Below are positions 36,789 to 48,943 of a stretch of 64,000 bases of DNA, piece by piece; positions within the stretch are counted from its first letter, which is position 1; each line of letters starts with the position of its first letter. Source of the stretch: Takakia lepidozioides (taxonomy: Eukaryota > Plantae > Bryophyta); the NCBI GenBank assembly GCA_030704615.1, contig CM060734.1, positions 29,264,001-29,328,000 of the forward strand. The letters run 5' to 3'. Below the pieces are notes generated by a model. It was not told the DNA's origin and did no database searches. It saw nothing but the letters and a program-made list of their open reading frames with translations. The position numbers were made by a program, and so were the translations under genes.

Positions 36789-39700
36789 TTGAAGATGGTT
36801 TCCTCCATAGGAGAGCTGTCAGTTGGAGAAGAAGTGAATCTACTCCACCTCGCCGGCTCAGGAGTTCCTAAGGTTGTTGTTGAAGGTACCTATCAAAATA
36901 TATCAGGAGAGGGATTTTGTCATGGCAGGCGTCTCTCTAGTAGTCTAGTGAGCGTCATCTTGAAAACCGTGATACATGGAATGGAGTCCATTAGCTTACC
37001 ATATTCACATCCAGACGCGAAAACTCTTGGAGAAGCCCTGGGGACACCCGTTGTCTGGAAAGTTAGTCAAGTTCAGAAACGTGTGCGAATGGAGGGTGAG
37101 GGGTCTAGATCCGATGCTGGAGTGAGCACGAATGTTGTGGAGGATACAATACAAAAGGACAATGCCAATGGTATTGAAGGCACACGAAACAAAGTTGCAC
37201 ATGACACAATAAAGAAGAAGCGTGCCAAGGGTCAGAAAGACGCACATCAGATATTCGGAAGAGATACTTGGCGTAATCAGATGTGCAATCTTCTCAATGA
37301 CGAGATGGACGTCATCGCTGAAGGCCGGATTGAGGCCTGTCTTCCTGACGAAGTTATTCTCGCTCAATACCTTGGGGAGGAACATGTCGGTGTAATCGTT
37401 ACAGCTGTCTCTGGCTCAGCTCAGGATATGTTAATGACAATTACAAAATGGCGGCTTACGTCACATACAAAACTTCGAGACGGCCGCAAACTATCAGAGT
37501 TGCTCACAATGTTTATGAAGAGCACAAGTCAGACACGGAGGATGACCACCTCGAAGGAGTTAAGAAAACGCGATATAAATGTTTGAAACAAGTTCGAAAG
37601 GGAGATGAGAACTCCAGGGGGATGAAATTGATCCGACTCTTAAATTCGGAGTCAATTCAAGCAGTAAGCTCTGTGAGCTGTTGTGCTTGAAATTGTTGTC
37701 AACACTTCAGCTGGGAAAAAGCTAAGGCTATCCGGAGTAGTTTCTTGGCATCTTCTTTTGATGCAAAGAGAGAGTTAGGGTTTGACATCCCCCGACGACT
37801 ACACCGACTTCTAGGTTGTGGTCGTCATGCCTACCTTACAATGGAAGGAGTTGAGGTCTGTGAGAAGGCGTGGTTGGCAATCCATGGAATTGGAAGGTCA
37901 ACGTACCATGGATATAAGAGGAAGAGTAAGGATGGATACATCTCGTCAATGCATGGAAACAGAGGAATGAAGAAACCCCGAGCAGAAACCCTGCAGGCCG
38001 AGGCAAATTTGCTATCGCTGATTTCAAGAAACAGTGACCTTATGCCTCATAAAATGAGAGGTATCGGAGAAGGAAGGCAAGATGTTCTGAAGTTGTTGCC
38101 GGTGGAGATGAATTGGAAGGAGCTGAACCGACAGTCCAATGAGGTAGGATACTGCATTCAAACCCAATCAGGATCCGCCTCTATAAGTATTTCTACTTTC
38201 AAGGGAGGGGATGTCACGGGAGACCTCCCGTCATCATTCTGCTACGCGTGCTAATAGTCTATATCAAATTGTGCGCATATAAACCGACAGACCATTGATG
38301 GATCATTCGGAGAGAAGTTAGTCCATCTCTTTACGAACAAATTTCTGTCGTTATTTTTGCATCTATCAAATTTCATATCTCTTGGTTTTAGATATTGGAT
38401 GTTTGATTTCAATGTCAATGTTCACGGGAGGTGTCCCGTCCTTAATACGATACCAACTCTATACATTGTTGACAATTGGATCAGGCAAACAAACGAATGG
38501 GCTTGAAGGCATTGTCGAAGTCTGGAATAAGCCGAATTCGAACGAAAGTTTTTGGGAATGTTGAGGTTCGGAAACCTGGTGGAAAATTTGCGAAATGCAC
38601 AGATTGTGAGATGTTCAAATATCTTATCCAGAAGTCAGTCAGCGGAACTGAGGAGCAGAGAAAGCACAAAAAGAAATTTGAGAGACATTTGAAGCATCAA
38701 GAGTCATGTCGTAGGCTTTATCATAGTTGGCGGAATGAATCAACGACGATGGGTGAGGATTTTCTGTGTATTATACACGATAAGATGGATCACTCAAAGA
38801 CTGCCTTGCCCCGGCTCTTGGTAACAAACAAGATGACATCTGGTCTGCGTCAGCTACCTATATCCCTAACAGGTATGGTGACTCATGGCCATGGTGACGG
38901 TCCTTATGCTCAGTTCACCAACGAGTTCTGGCCAAGTGATCCTAACTTGACAATTAGCTCCTTGGCTCATTGTCTTCACGCTCTTGAGAAGCCCACATGT
39001 CGAGAGCCAAGAGAAATTTTCGATCATCCAATGCATAACTCATTTTTCAAAACTCTAATGAGGGGAAAGTCTCGATGTGAGAAAGCACTGAAGCCTAGGG
39101 TATCCCAAAGCCCTGTTCGAGCCAAGCCATTACCCCGTCGACTATACCTGCAAATGGACAATTCTTCAAGAGAGAACAAAAATCGTTGGATGTTTGCTTT
39201 TTTTATCACTCTCGACGGCGAGAGGTATTTTTGAAGAGATCCAGCTTGGATTCTTGATGATTGGTCACACCCACGAGGACATTGATGCATACTTTAGTTA
39301 TCTGTCGAAGAAGTTGAAACAAACGAATACATATATCCTTGCGGATCTCATGCGCCTCTTTATAGAGTCTCAAAACGTCTAGTTTATCCCTCGATTGATA
39401 CATGAGGTCGCAAGCTTCAAGAAGTTTGTGGCTGGATATATTATTGATGGGAGCGATGCGCTAATCGGCACATCTGATATGCACATCTTCAAGTTCTATG
39501 TGGATTGTGACGGTTGGCCTGTAATGAAGTATAGGAAATCGGCAACTAATGCTGACTGGCTTCTGAAGCAGGGTGTTGTCAAAATGTGGAAGGTTGTTGA
39601 GGACGGGAGGTCTCCCCTGCTACCCCAGGGGGTGCCGGAACCTGTTCCACTGCAGCCTATTTGAGGAATTATGCCAGACGCCAGGGAAAAAATGCCAGTA

Positions 39701-41087
39701 TTGTAAATGGCCTTTCGAAGTACCGCGAATTCTAGAGACTTGGGATGGATCTCGACAAGAACTACAAAAATATCACGAAGAACTATGATGAGTATTGGAA
39801 TGATGTTCTACTTGAACTTGGTAAGCCATTGCCTGAGCCAAAGGACAAGGTGGAGGAGCGGTTTTGGCCTTCGACTCTTTGGAAAGATAACCATGACAGA
39901 GATGGGATTAGGGTTGAATACGAGAGTGAGGAAGAGTCAGACGAGGAAGATCGCAACCGGGTAGTTGCAGCCCATGGTGGACCAAAAATGCTGTCACAGC
40001 ACAGTTTTTTTGGGATCTTGATTAGTTGTAAATTATCATACTCCTAAATGGCAATGCTGATAGTAAAAAGGGACTAAGCTATGAAGGCTCAACTACATAT
40101 ATTTCCCCTATTCCAAGTCTCAAAACCAAAAAAACAAATGGTTAGAAATTATGGACTTTTGAACAAGTCCATAAGGATTTGTTTTAGTCCATATAAAATG
40201 CCGTTATGGACTTTTTTTAAAGCATGATTTATAGAGAATTAGAAAAAATGACTCCACCAAATGTGCTTTGAGGGATAAAGAATCTAAAATGAAAACATCC
40301 ACTCAAAAATATTAAGTAAAATAAACTTTATGTACTATTTTGAGGCTTCAAAATAACTATTTTCGTAAAGTCCTTTACATATAGAATTCTTTGGAATATC
40401 AACACTACCTCATTAAATACATAGACGAAGGGTAGACCCCCCGGGTGGATCAAGGTCAAATTTGAAAAAAACTATCATGATCTGAAACTATCGCGATTTG
40501 AAAATAAAGACTTTAATGGTCAACAATAGACAGTTGAGATCGTAAATTGAAGCGAATCCAATGGTTGAGGATTCGCCACATCCCCCTTTATGTACTTTTA
40601 GGGACTCATGGTGTGTCTCATTTTGGTCCACCGTAGGCTGCAACTACCCAACCAGCTGGATCCCTATTGTGGGCCAAAGAGTCAGAGACCTAAAGAGCCG
40701 ATGAACCCATTCAAAAATATTGAAATTGAAAACTTCGTACTTGTTCGACCACCAAACACAGAGACATATCCAGTTTGGATGGGTGTGACAATCTCAGATG
40801 TTGTTCGTGGCCGTTCAGATGAGAGATATCGGCAAGTCCTTCTGGAGTGGTGGAGACCTAAAGGTGTTGCAGCGGAGGACGTGGACAGGTATAGAAACTG
40901 TTGGGACAAAGCTTGGGAGTTCAATGAATCTGATCTACCAAAGTGGATACATACGGACAGTGTGGTGTGGACAATGCGTCCTCGGAAGGACACCTCCAAG
41001 TGGAGCTCTAGACGTATTGGAATGGCGAAAGTAGTTAAAGCGAAAGCAAATCTATATGCTGCGAACGATCAAAGTGAGTCTGATTAA
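36789..41087 (+). pseudogene. Sola1-like DDD transposase (DUF7869-like core) with two N-terminal Tnp1/DUF8039-like repeats and a C-terminal beta-rich domain
   Basis: VCEKAWLAIHGIGRSTY, FAKCTDC, IIHDKMD, LYLQMDNSSRENKN, FLMIGHTHEDIDAYFS. Intron ~38144-38483. Stops, frameshifts and a MITE interruption. Confidence 0.8.
39959..40649. mobile_element. Non-autonomous TIR element (MITE, 691 bp), 4-bp TSD AACC
   Basis: 31-bp TIR GGGTAGTTGCAGCC(CAT/TAC)GGTGGACCAAAATG; AACC at 39955-39958 and 40650-40653. Removing it restores the reading frame EDRN-QLDP. Confidence 0.93.
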
Positions 41088-41294
41088 GCACAACGTAGAG
41101 AGGTGCACACGAGATCTCCCGTGCTAATTTGACGACAATATGTGTTAATGTTGATCTTACTGGTGATTGCCAGGTTTTTGTGGGAGCTCCTTTGACCATC
41201 AGAAGTTGACCTTGAATTCTCTGTGTCGACCATTTCAACCTTTCAATTTCTTAACATCTATATCTCTAGCGATTTGAACCCTACTGCCGGCATC

Positions 41295-41546
41295 TCAGTT
41301 AAGTTTAGTTCTGGTACCCGGACGAGGACAACCAGGAAATACAAATCTATCTGGACACCAGTAAAAAAAAATTGTGGTGTCGTTTGGAATGATGTGAGTA
41401 CACAAGACTCGTTCGTCAATCCAGCATTTCTTATGCACCTTTTTCTCGCCCAAGTACCGAATATACTCTTCGATTCGCTCTCGGACAGACTGAGGTCGAT
41501 GGAAGAACCGATGTTGGATGCGTTTCACCTTTTCCTCAAATGACAT
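41295..41546 (-). CDS. Small hypothetical ORF or exon inside the Sola-like element
   Basis: 83-aa ATG-initiated ORF with protein-like composition; no recognised domain. Confidence 0.25.
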   Translation of the reverse strand: MSFEEKVKRIQHRFFHRPQSVRERIEEYIRYLGEKKVHKKCWIDERVLCTHIIPNDTTIFFYWCPDRFVFPGCPRPGTRTKLN

Positions 41547-41799
41547 TTCGATCCTGCGTTAATATTGACATCCTCCAGCTCTTGCACTTCCGTTAGTCAG
41601 GCATAAGCAAGTTCATAATGATGTAGTGGTGCTAGTTTGATACAATAGTGCTCAACCGCACAACACTAATATACTCTCAAAGCAAACAAACCAAATGGGG
41701 CCAGGACCCCTATCGTAGGAGTTCCTTGGTCAACAACCAAAGACCAACGTTACATCCTTGTAATCTATCCGCTCTCACAGATGCCCTTACAAACTCGCT

Positions 41800-42762
41800 T
41801 TGGTAATGACTTCTGTCGAGACACACATTCAACCCATCATGTGAAGCAATGACAGAGGATTCAATATAAGGGACTTACTCCCTATTTCTGCATGGCCATG
41901 CCTACAAATTGATCCACAAGATCTTAGATAACATCGGCATTGTGTTAACTAAAGTCTTGTGTATCACATTGTAGGAATGCGCATGCACTCAGAATCTGGC
42001 CAATCACCTGGGTATCAGTACTGTGCCTCACCAGACTACTATCGCCGGAAGTTTATCATAGACGCAGATAAGAATAGTCAAAAGGAGGACGGAAGGTCTC
42101 CCGTCAAAGGGAGGACGGGAGATCTCCCGTCAATGGACTTCTGTGAGCACACAAGTTCCAGTCCCTATGCTCTATGATAGGGATGTTCAATGGATAGGAT
42201 GTTCAATGGACTTTTGCCAACTCACACTTTCATAACAATCATAATTTTAAGCATTGACAGAGCAATCACATTTCAGGCTTGTGCATGGCAAGACTTACAT
42301 GAAGGCAACACAAGATTTTAGATTACATCGCCAGTGTGTAATATAAAGTCTCGTGTGACCCTCTGTAAGTTTTTGGATGCACTCCCAAATGTCTTGTAAT
42401 GAATGTTACTAATCACTTGGGTATATGTAGTGTGTCATGCCAGCCAAGTCTTGCGCGAGGTTCATCTTGAATGGTCAATAGACCGGAAGGGAGAAGGGTT
42501 GAATTATCCACATTCTACGAACTGGACACACTGAAAGACACAGATGAACCTGGTCAAAGGAGGACGGGAGGTCTCCCGTCGACGGAGGACGAAAAAAAAT
42601 CGCTTGGAAAATATGGTGACTTCCTACGGACACTTTCAACCCATCATCTGAAGCAGTATCAGAGCTCTCACAATCTGGGAATTTGTTTTCTGCCTGTCCG
42701 TACTTATCAAGTTAACCACAAGATCTTATCCAACATTGCGAGTGTTACATAAAGTCTTGTGG
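41800..42762 (+). repeat. Complex repeat block homologous to 6500-7900
   Basis: Long shared stretches; palindrome GACGGGAGATCTCCCGTC at 42114-42131. Confidence 0.85.
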
Positions 42763-42769
42763 TTTACAA

Positions 42770-42950
42770 GAATAAAAGTGACCGCCAGTAATGGCGGTCG
42801 CTTCATTTCAAAAATAATTAAATTAAAAGCGACCGCTAGAAATGGCGGTCGCCCCATTTCCAAAAAAATAAAAATAAAAGCGACCGCCAGTAATGGCGGT
42901 CGCTGCATTTTTAAAAATAACCATTACACCGACCGCTAGAAATGTCGGGG
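42770..42950. repeat. Four ~50-bp units with hairpin GCGACCGCCA-GTAA-TGGCGGTCGC separated by A-tracts
   Basis: Direct read; resembles subterminal repeats of a TIR element. Confidence 0.8.
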
Positions 42951-43564
42951 GGCTACCACGAGAATAGGTCTTCCTTGTATAACCGCGGACAATGGCGACC
43001 ATTTCATGAGGATAGACTGTCCATTTCCGAGAAGTCGGCACAGACTTCGGCTGCCCATGTTATGCCTGTAATCTATTATGTAAGTTTAATATGTTTGCAT
43101 TTGGTGTTACGAGTTTTTTAATTTTTCACAAATTGCAGTTGAGAAGTCGGCACAAACTTGCCGGATGCCGTACTGTTATATTCTATAAGTCTGCACAGAC
43201 TCACCGATTCCATCCCACCATGAAATGCGTTCGGCACGACTACATGGCTTCAAACACACCACCTCGATGAACGTCATAAAATAGGAAAATACCCAAAAAT
43301 GTTATGGTCTTCCAATGTTTGTCAAGGAACAAAGACAAAGTAGAAGGACGGTCGGAAAGTCAGAGACCGCTCATCAGGAAGTCGGCACAGACTTGCAGAA
43401 TAGTACAAGACCCTTTCTGACAAGTGGCAATAGACATATGGAATGGAATCTAGTGTTTTTGAAAACATGAACAGTGGAACGAAAAGCGGTGCGTGCAGAG
43501 CATAAGGCGACATCGTACGCAAATGCTCCTCATCTTCCATCGCAGAAGGACGCCTCTGACCATG

Positions 43565-46500
43565 TTATTCCACCCACACGCAGGGATCATTGCGAAGCAT
43601 TGCACTGACCTCGTTCATACTCAAAGTAGGATAATTAATTAAGGGACTGTCAGCACTACAGCGGAGATGCCGAAGAAAAATCCAGTATATGTGCTTGCAG
43701 TGGGTGTACCCTTCCTTGAGATTACGCATCTTCACAAAGTCGGGACATGTGCACTCCGGGTAAATGCCAATTGAGACGTAATAAACCTGCCCATTGGTCG
43801 CTGAGCCTGAAGTACTGATGGTGTAAACTCTTCCCATTCCCGGTCGAGGAACATCACGGAAGTTCTGAACAATACCTCGTAGTGACATCGCCAATCCCAC
43901 TTTCGTCCTATTAACACTCCAATACTGGTTTTCCGTACTCCCTTGGAACACTATTGTAGTTGGCCGGTGCCATGTTGTCCTCCTCATCCAGCTGCTCCAC
44001 ATGCACTCGGGAGCCACCTGCACTAGGCCTCGGTCCAGTCTGCAGGTTCATATCCGCCTGCCATGAATGCTAATCCTCCTCCTCGTCCAGATTGTGGACG
44101 AATATCTTCCTCTTTGTAGTGCGTGTGAGAAGGTCACCTTCCAAACCGTCCGCACGGTTATGCAGTGGTGTGCCAACCACAAATGTCTTCAGAGCTTCTG
44201 CCATTTTGTTGGGTCACTTGACCTCCATGCTGCACGCACCAGCAAATCCTCTCGGCTAGGTCCAACTCCTTTTCTGCCCCCATTAAGGAACAAACGGTAC
44301 CCGGATGTTTGCAGGCACGAACGCACGATATCATGTCGTGTTGCCGTGTACAAGTCCAACTTCACCGAGCCTCTCCCTGCTTGCCAGCTTGCGTGTATCG
44401 ATTCGGACATATTCACATTCGGCATGTCCGCATCCTCCTCCAAACTGAGTCCCTGAAACACGATACAACTTGTAATATGAGAGTCGGCACAGACTTACAG
44501 GCGCCCAAAAACCCCAATGCACATACATGCCAAAGTGGACTACTCAATTATACAGACGGACATGGGAAGTCGGCACAGAATTACGGACGTACTTGGGCAG
44601 AAAAACGGAATAAACATACTGGAAAGTTGTCACAGACTTCCCTGTCTGTACTCCCCTGCCTGCGAGCCGGACATGGGAAGTCTGCACAGACTTACAGAGG
44701 TTTATGGACAGAGAATCCAAAAAGCACAGTGGTAGGTCGGTACAGACTTCCCTGTCAGCCCTCACAAGTATGGACATGGGAAGTCTGCACAGACTCAGAG
44801 AGTTGGCTGGGCATACACTCGCAATAACACACTGACAAGTCGGCACAGACTTCCCGTTCAGCACACAAGTCTGACATGGGAAGGCTGCACAGACTTGCAC
44901 GGGTTTGTGGGCACAGAATTGCAATAGTAGAGTGGTCAGTCGGCATAGACTTTCTTGTCCTCCGCGCGCATGGACATGGTAAGTTTGCATAGACTTACAG
45001 AGGTGGCTAAACACGCTGTCAGAATAACCCATGTGAAGTCGACACAGACTTCCCTGTCACGCACTCCGTATGCATGATACCGGAGATGGGAAGTCGGCAC
45101 AGACTTCCGAAGCACCCCTTCTGGCAGTGACAGCCCATCCATCTGCTCACGTTAGCAGCCGCAAAAGCAAATGATAGAGTGGTGAAATTGGCAGCTGGAT
45201 TCTTACCTCCCTCACGAATGACCCCAGCTGAGCGTACCGGTATGTCCACCAGGAAAGCCAACTATCAAGGGCGGGAATATCTCCTTCGGTTGTAGCTCCC
45301 GAAGATATCCACCATGATCTGATTGACATGAATGTCATCTCAGCTTCTGTTGCTGTGGCGGCCGACCTCCACTGTCCACACAATTTTATGTGTGCCGCTT
45401 GAAAGTTGGGCCTAATGAGGTCCTTTGTATGCCTCTGAAGACTTTGTCCCCAATGAAATCTGCAAGTTCTCTCCCTGCCGGGCATAGGCCTCCCGCCACC
45501 ATAAACATTTCGAACCGCTGCCCAGTTCGCATTGGCATTGTCCGCCATGAATCCTCTAAAATGCGGTGGTCCTTTCCTGCTCGGACCATCTGCTCATTGA
45601 TGCTCTCCCACATGATCATTTGAGAGGCTGTGTCTTCCGATTTCATCTCGCAAATGGCGATGGTCATCAGCTTCCTGTAGTTGGGCTCGTACACATGGCA
45701 GGCCATCGTGCTCCATCCCTTTATTCGTTTCACATTGTCGAACATCACCCAGCTATTTTCCAAAGGCCCACCAACATTCATCATATCCACCAGATGCACC
45801 CCGGATGCCGAGCCAACAGACATCTTGAATACAAAGCACCTTTGATGCTCGTTCCCTTGACCGGAAAATCTGCTGCCTTGGTTATAGTCATACCCACACA
45901 TAGACTTCATTTTCAGCAAGCTTTGCATTTCCTCACCCCGGCCTGTCTGTGACTTCAATTTATTGATGGTATGCTTATTTGCCGGGCTCCCAAATGCTTC
46001 AACTGCATCCAGTAGAGCGTTGAACTTGTCGCTGTCAAGCTTGCATCTTTCACCCCCATCGGCGGACATAATATGCTGCATGACAATGGTCTGCGCCGCA
46101 CTCGATTCCACAGCTTTTGGTCGTGCCGATGGAGACCTGCTGAGCTCTTCTTTCAAAACCTCCTTTGCACACGTTGCAGCTTCTTTGGATGTGCCGGTTG
46201 CACTCCTATGCATGTGGCATCCCACATGGACTGCACATCGTGTCATAGCAGGAGGTCCACAGACGTAAAACATCTTCGCCGGACAAGCCTCCATACAGGT
46301 TGGAGGCTGATTGCAGATGGCACAGACAAACGTCTTGTCCGGCACTGTACTTTGCGCTTGAAATTTGGTATCAGACGTCCCAAGCCACAAAGTGTCGTTG
46401 TGATACCTCTCCCTCACAAAAAATGGGCAAGCCGCCCGGACACATTTCAAACTCCCAACATAGGTGACATATCTGCAACGCACTGCCATCCCAAGAAATT

Positions 46501-47497
46501 CAGTGAAGTGGGAAGACAATCACATTTTGGTTGTCTTTGGGAAATCGGCACAGACTTCTCAAAGGATGTCACCAATCCTGAAATTGATAAAAATCACATT
46601 GTACCGGAAGATAGGAGGACATACACAGGAAATCAGCGCAGACTTGTCAAAGTAAGGAAGACATACACGGGAAATCGGCACAGACTTCGGGAAGAATGAG
46701 AGAGCAACTAACTTGACTGCCGTGTCTTTCTTCTCCAGCAACGGCAATTTCAGATTTGTGGTCTTTGTTGTAGTCCAGGGGTTTCCGTCATATTTCCGGT
46801 CCATGCCGTCCAGCTGGCCCGCTACAGTGCTGTTTTTTATCGGCGGCAATTCGTACACAATGTCCCCATCTACTCTTCTGGGTAAATGGTTCACCTTCAC
46901 TATTTGAATACTGTGAAAGTCCATCCTTGAAAGCCCGCTGCGGGATGTGGTGCTCGTGCGAAGGAGGTGCAAGACCACCACCATCAATTTCGTACCGCCC
47001 GCTCCGGCTCTGGGAGTAAACACCTTGGCGTCCACTTCAACAGCATCGTCAACCTCCGTGGTCTTTGCGCGCGTGCGCCAAGGTGCGGAGTATGCTCGTC
47101 TGTTGCCAACCACCATACAGTCCTCATCCTCGTCACTTAAAAGTTGAATACTCTCTGTCTTCGCAGCACGTGGGCCAAATATGGATGCGGCAGTTGGTGG
47201 AGTAAGGGATGCTGACACACTCGACGATGACGCTTGCTGGCCATATACTATGTAGTGTCGAGTTGTATCGTGTGGAATGACGTAGGCCCTTCCAACATCA
47301 TCTCGTGCCGGGGTGACAATTTGTGTTTCCACGACGCCATCCTCTCCCACCTCCTCGATTTCGAAAACAACCATCATAGGCTGCGATGCAAAGCGAGATC
47401 TAAGAACCTTGTCTGTGAATATCACTGAATTGTCCTTGGCTTCCACTCTTACAGTCGCATTTGTAGTTGGACATGTTAGGCGAACGCACTCCGCCAT
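43565..47497 (-). pseudogene. MULE-type transposase with GCM/WRKY-like domain and C-terminal SWIM zinc finger
   Basis: MDRKYDGNPW, WVMFDNVKR, FMADNANANW, RTCRFHWGQSL, SWIM YYVSI…ECTCPDF…CKHIYWI. Introns ~46500-46710 and ~44455-45206; the latter is at the same position as in element 1. Confidence 0.85.
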
Positions 47498-47689
47498 GTT
47501 GACAGTGACAAAGTAGAAGGTGTGCTCAGAAACAGAGTGTAAGTACAAAACAGAATGATGTCAGTGTATGTATATACATAAGAAAATTTGAAACGAAGGG
47601 GTCGTTCCCCTGCACTTTCCAAGTGGCGGCAACTTTGGCGTTTAGCAAACGACATTCGTTTGGCATTTTATCAACGGCACCTTATATTT

Positions 47690-48720
47690 TGGAATCTGCG
47701 CCAATCTCGAACCCTCGGAATGTTTGCCGGAAGTCTGCAATGACTTCACGAAAGTGCATTGTATCCCGGAGTTGGACACACGAAGTCGGTCATTGCCGGG
47801 AGAAGTGCAACCGGGAAGTCGGTGCAGAATTCCCGGCTAGCTTACGGCGAGTCTGTGCCGACCACCCAGAAGCCCACCGCCGGTAGCCCCAAATAGGAGA
47901 TCGCAAAGACTTCGCAGCAGACGGTCTGAGCCCACATCGCCATTATACTGCCGGAAGTCTGCGCCGACTTCCGGGAATGGACTGCCGGAATGAAGTTCCT
48001 GCCCAGTTGGACTCACGAAAACGGCAAGTCTGTGCCGACTTCCGGCATGTTCTGATGGGAATCTGCCGAAATATGCCAAAATGACCTAGGCGGGAGTATG
48101 TTTCCTGGGATTGCCAAAAATATAACGGGAAAGTCTGTGCCGACTTGCCGCAATTGCACTTCCGGCAACCGCGAAACTCCTATTCTGTGCGGACTTAAGG
48201 CCATCTTCCCGGAAGTCTGTGCCGACTTCCCGGAAAACGGAAGGGGAAGTCCGCGCTGGCAATGTGCACCGGCAGACTGTCCGTAGATGAGGGGATACAA
48301 CAGCCGGGAAGTCTGTGCAAACTTGCCGGGAACTATCCCAATTCAGGCAGACAATGTGCCTTTTCCGGCGCTGCACGTGTCGCGTAGGCACCGGTCGTGA
48401 ATAGATAAGCCGGGAAGTCTGCATAGACTTCCTGGAAAGATCGGTTTTCAGGCGCATCGTGTGGCATTTTCTGGCACTGCACGTGTCGCATAGGCACCCG
48501 TTGGGGATAGATAAGCCGGGAAGTCTGCACAGACTTCTCGGAAAGATCGGTTTTCAGGCGCACCGTGTGGCCTTTTCCGGCGCTGCACGTGTCGCGTAGG
48601 CACCCGTTGGGGATAGATAAGCCGGGGAAGTCTGCACAGAGTTCCCGTCCATACAGGTTTCCAGGCGCCAAGTGTGGCATTTTCCGGTGTAGCACGTGTC
48701 GCGTAGGCACCCGTTGGGGC
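47690..48720. repeat. Intergenic spacer with many GGAAGTCTGTGCCGACTTCC palindromes and four ~106-bp tandem units
   Basis: CACGTGTCGC recurs at 48374, 48480, 48586 and 48693. Confidence 0.9.
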
Positions 48721-48943
48721 CTACGTAGTGAGAGGCGTGTGCGCAAAGCATCTTCCCCAAGCGTCACCACGAAGCGACTTCCACCAAGCCGCCAGTTTCG
48801 CGTCTTCCACCAAACAGCCTCTTTGCTTCCGCAGCTGCGCCTTCACTTCATCGTGCACTCTGTCCCAGCCTTCTGCCCCTTTGTGGATTGCAGCAGTACG
48901 TCGCAACACTTGCCGAGAGGCGTTCCCGTTTTTTGGAGTAGCC

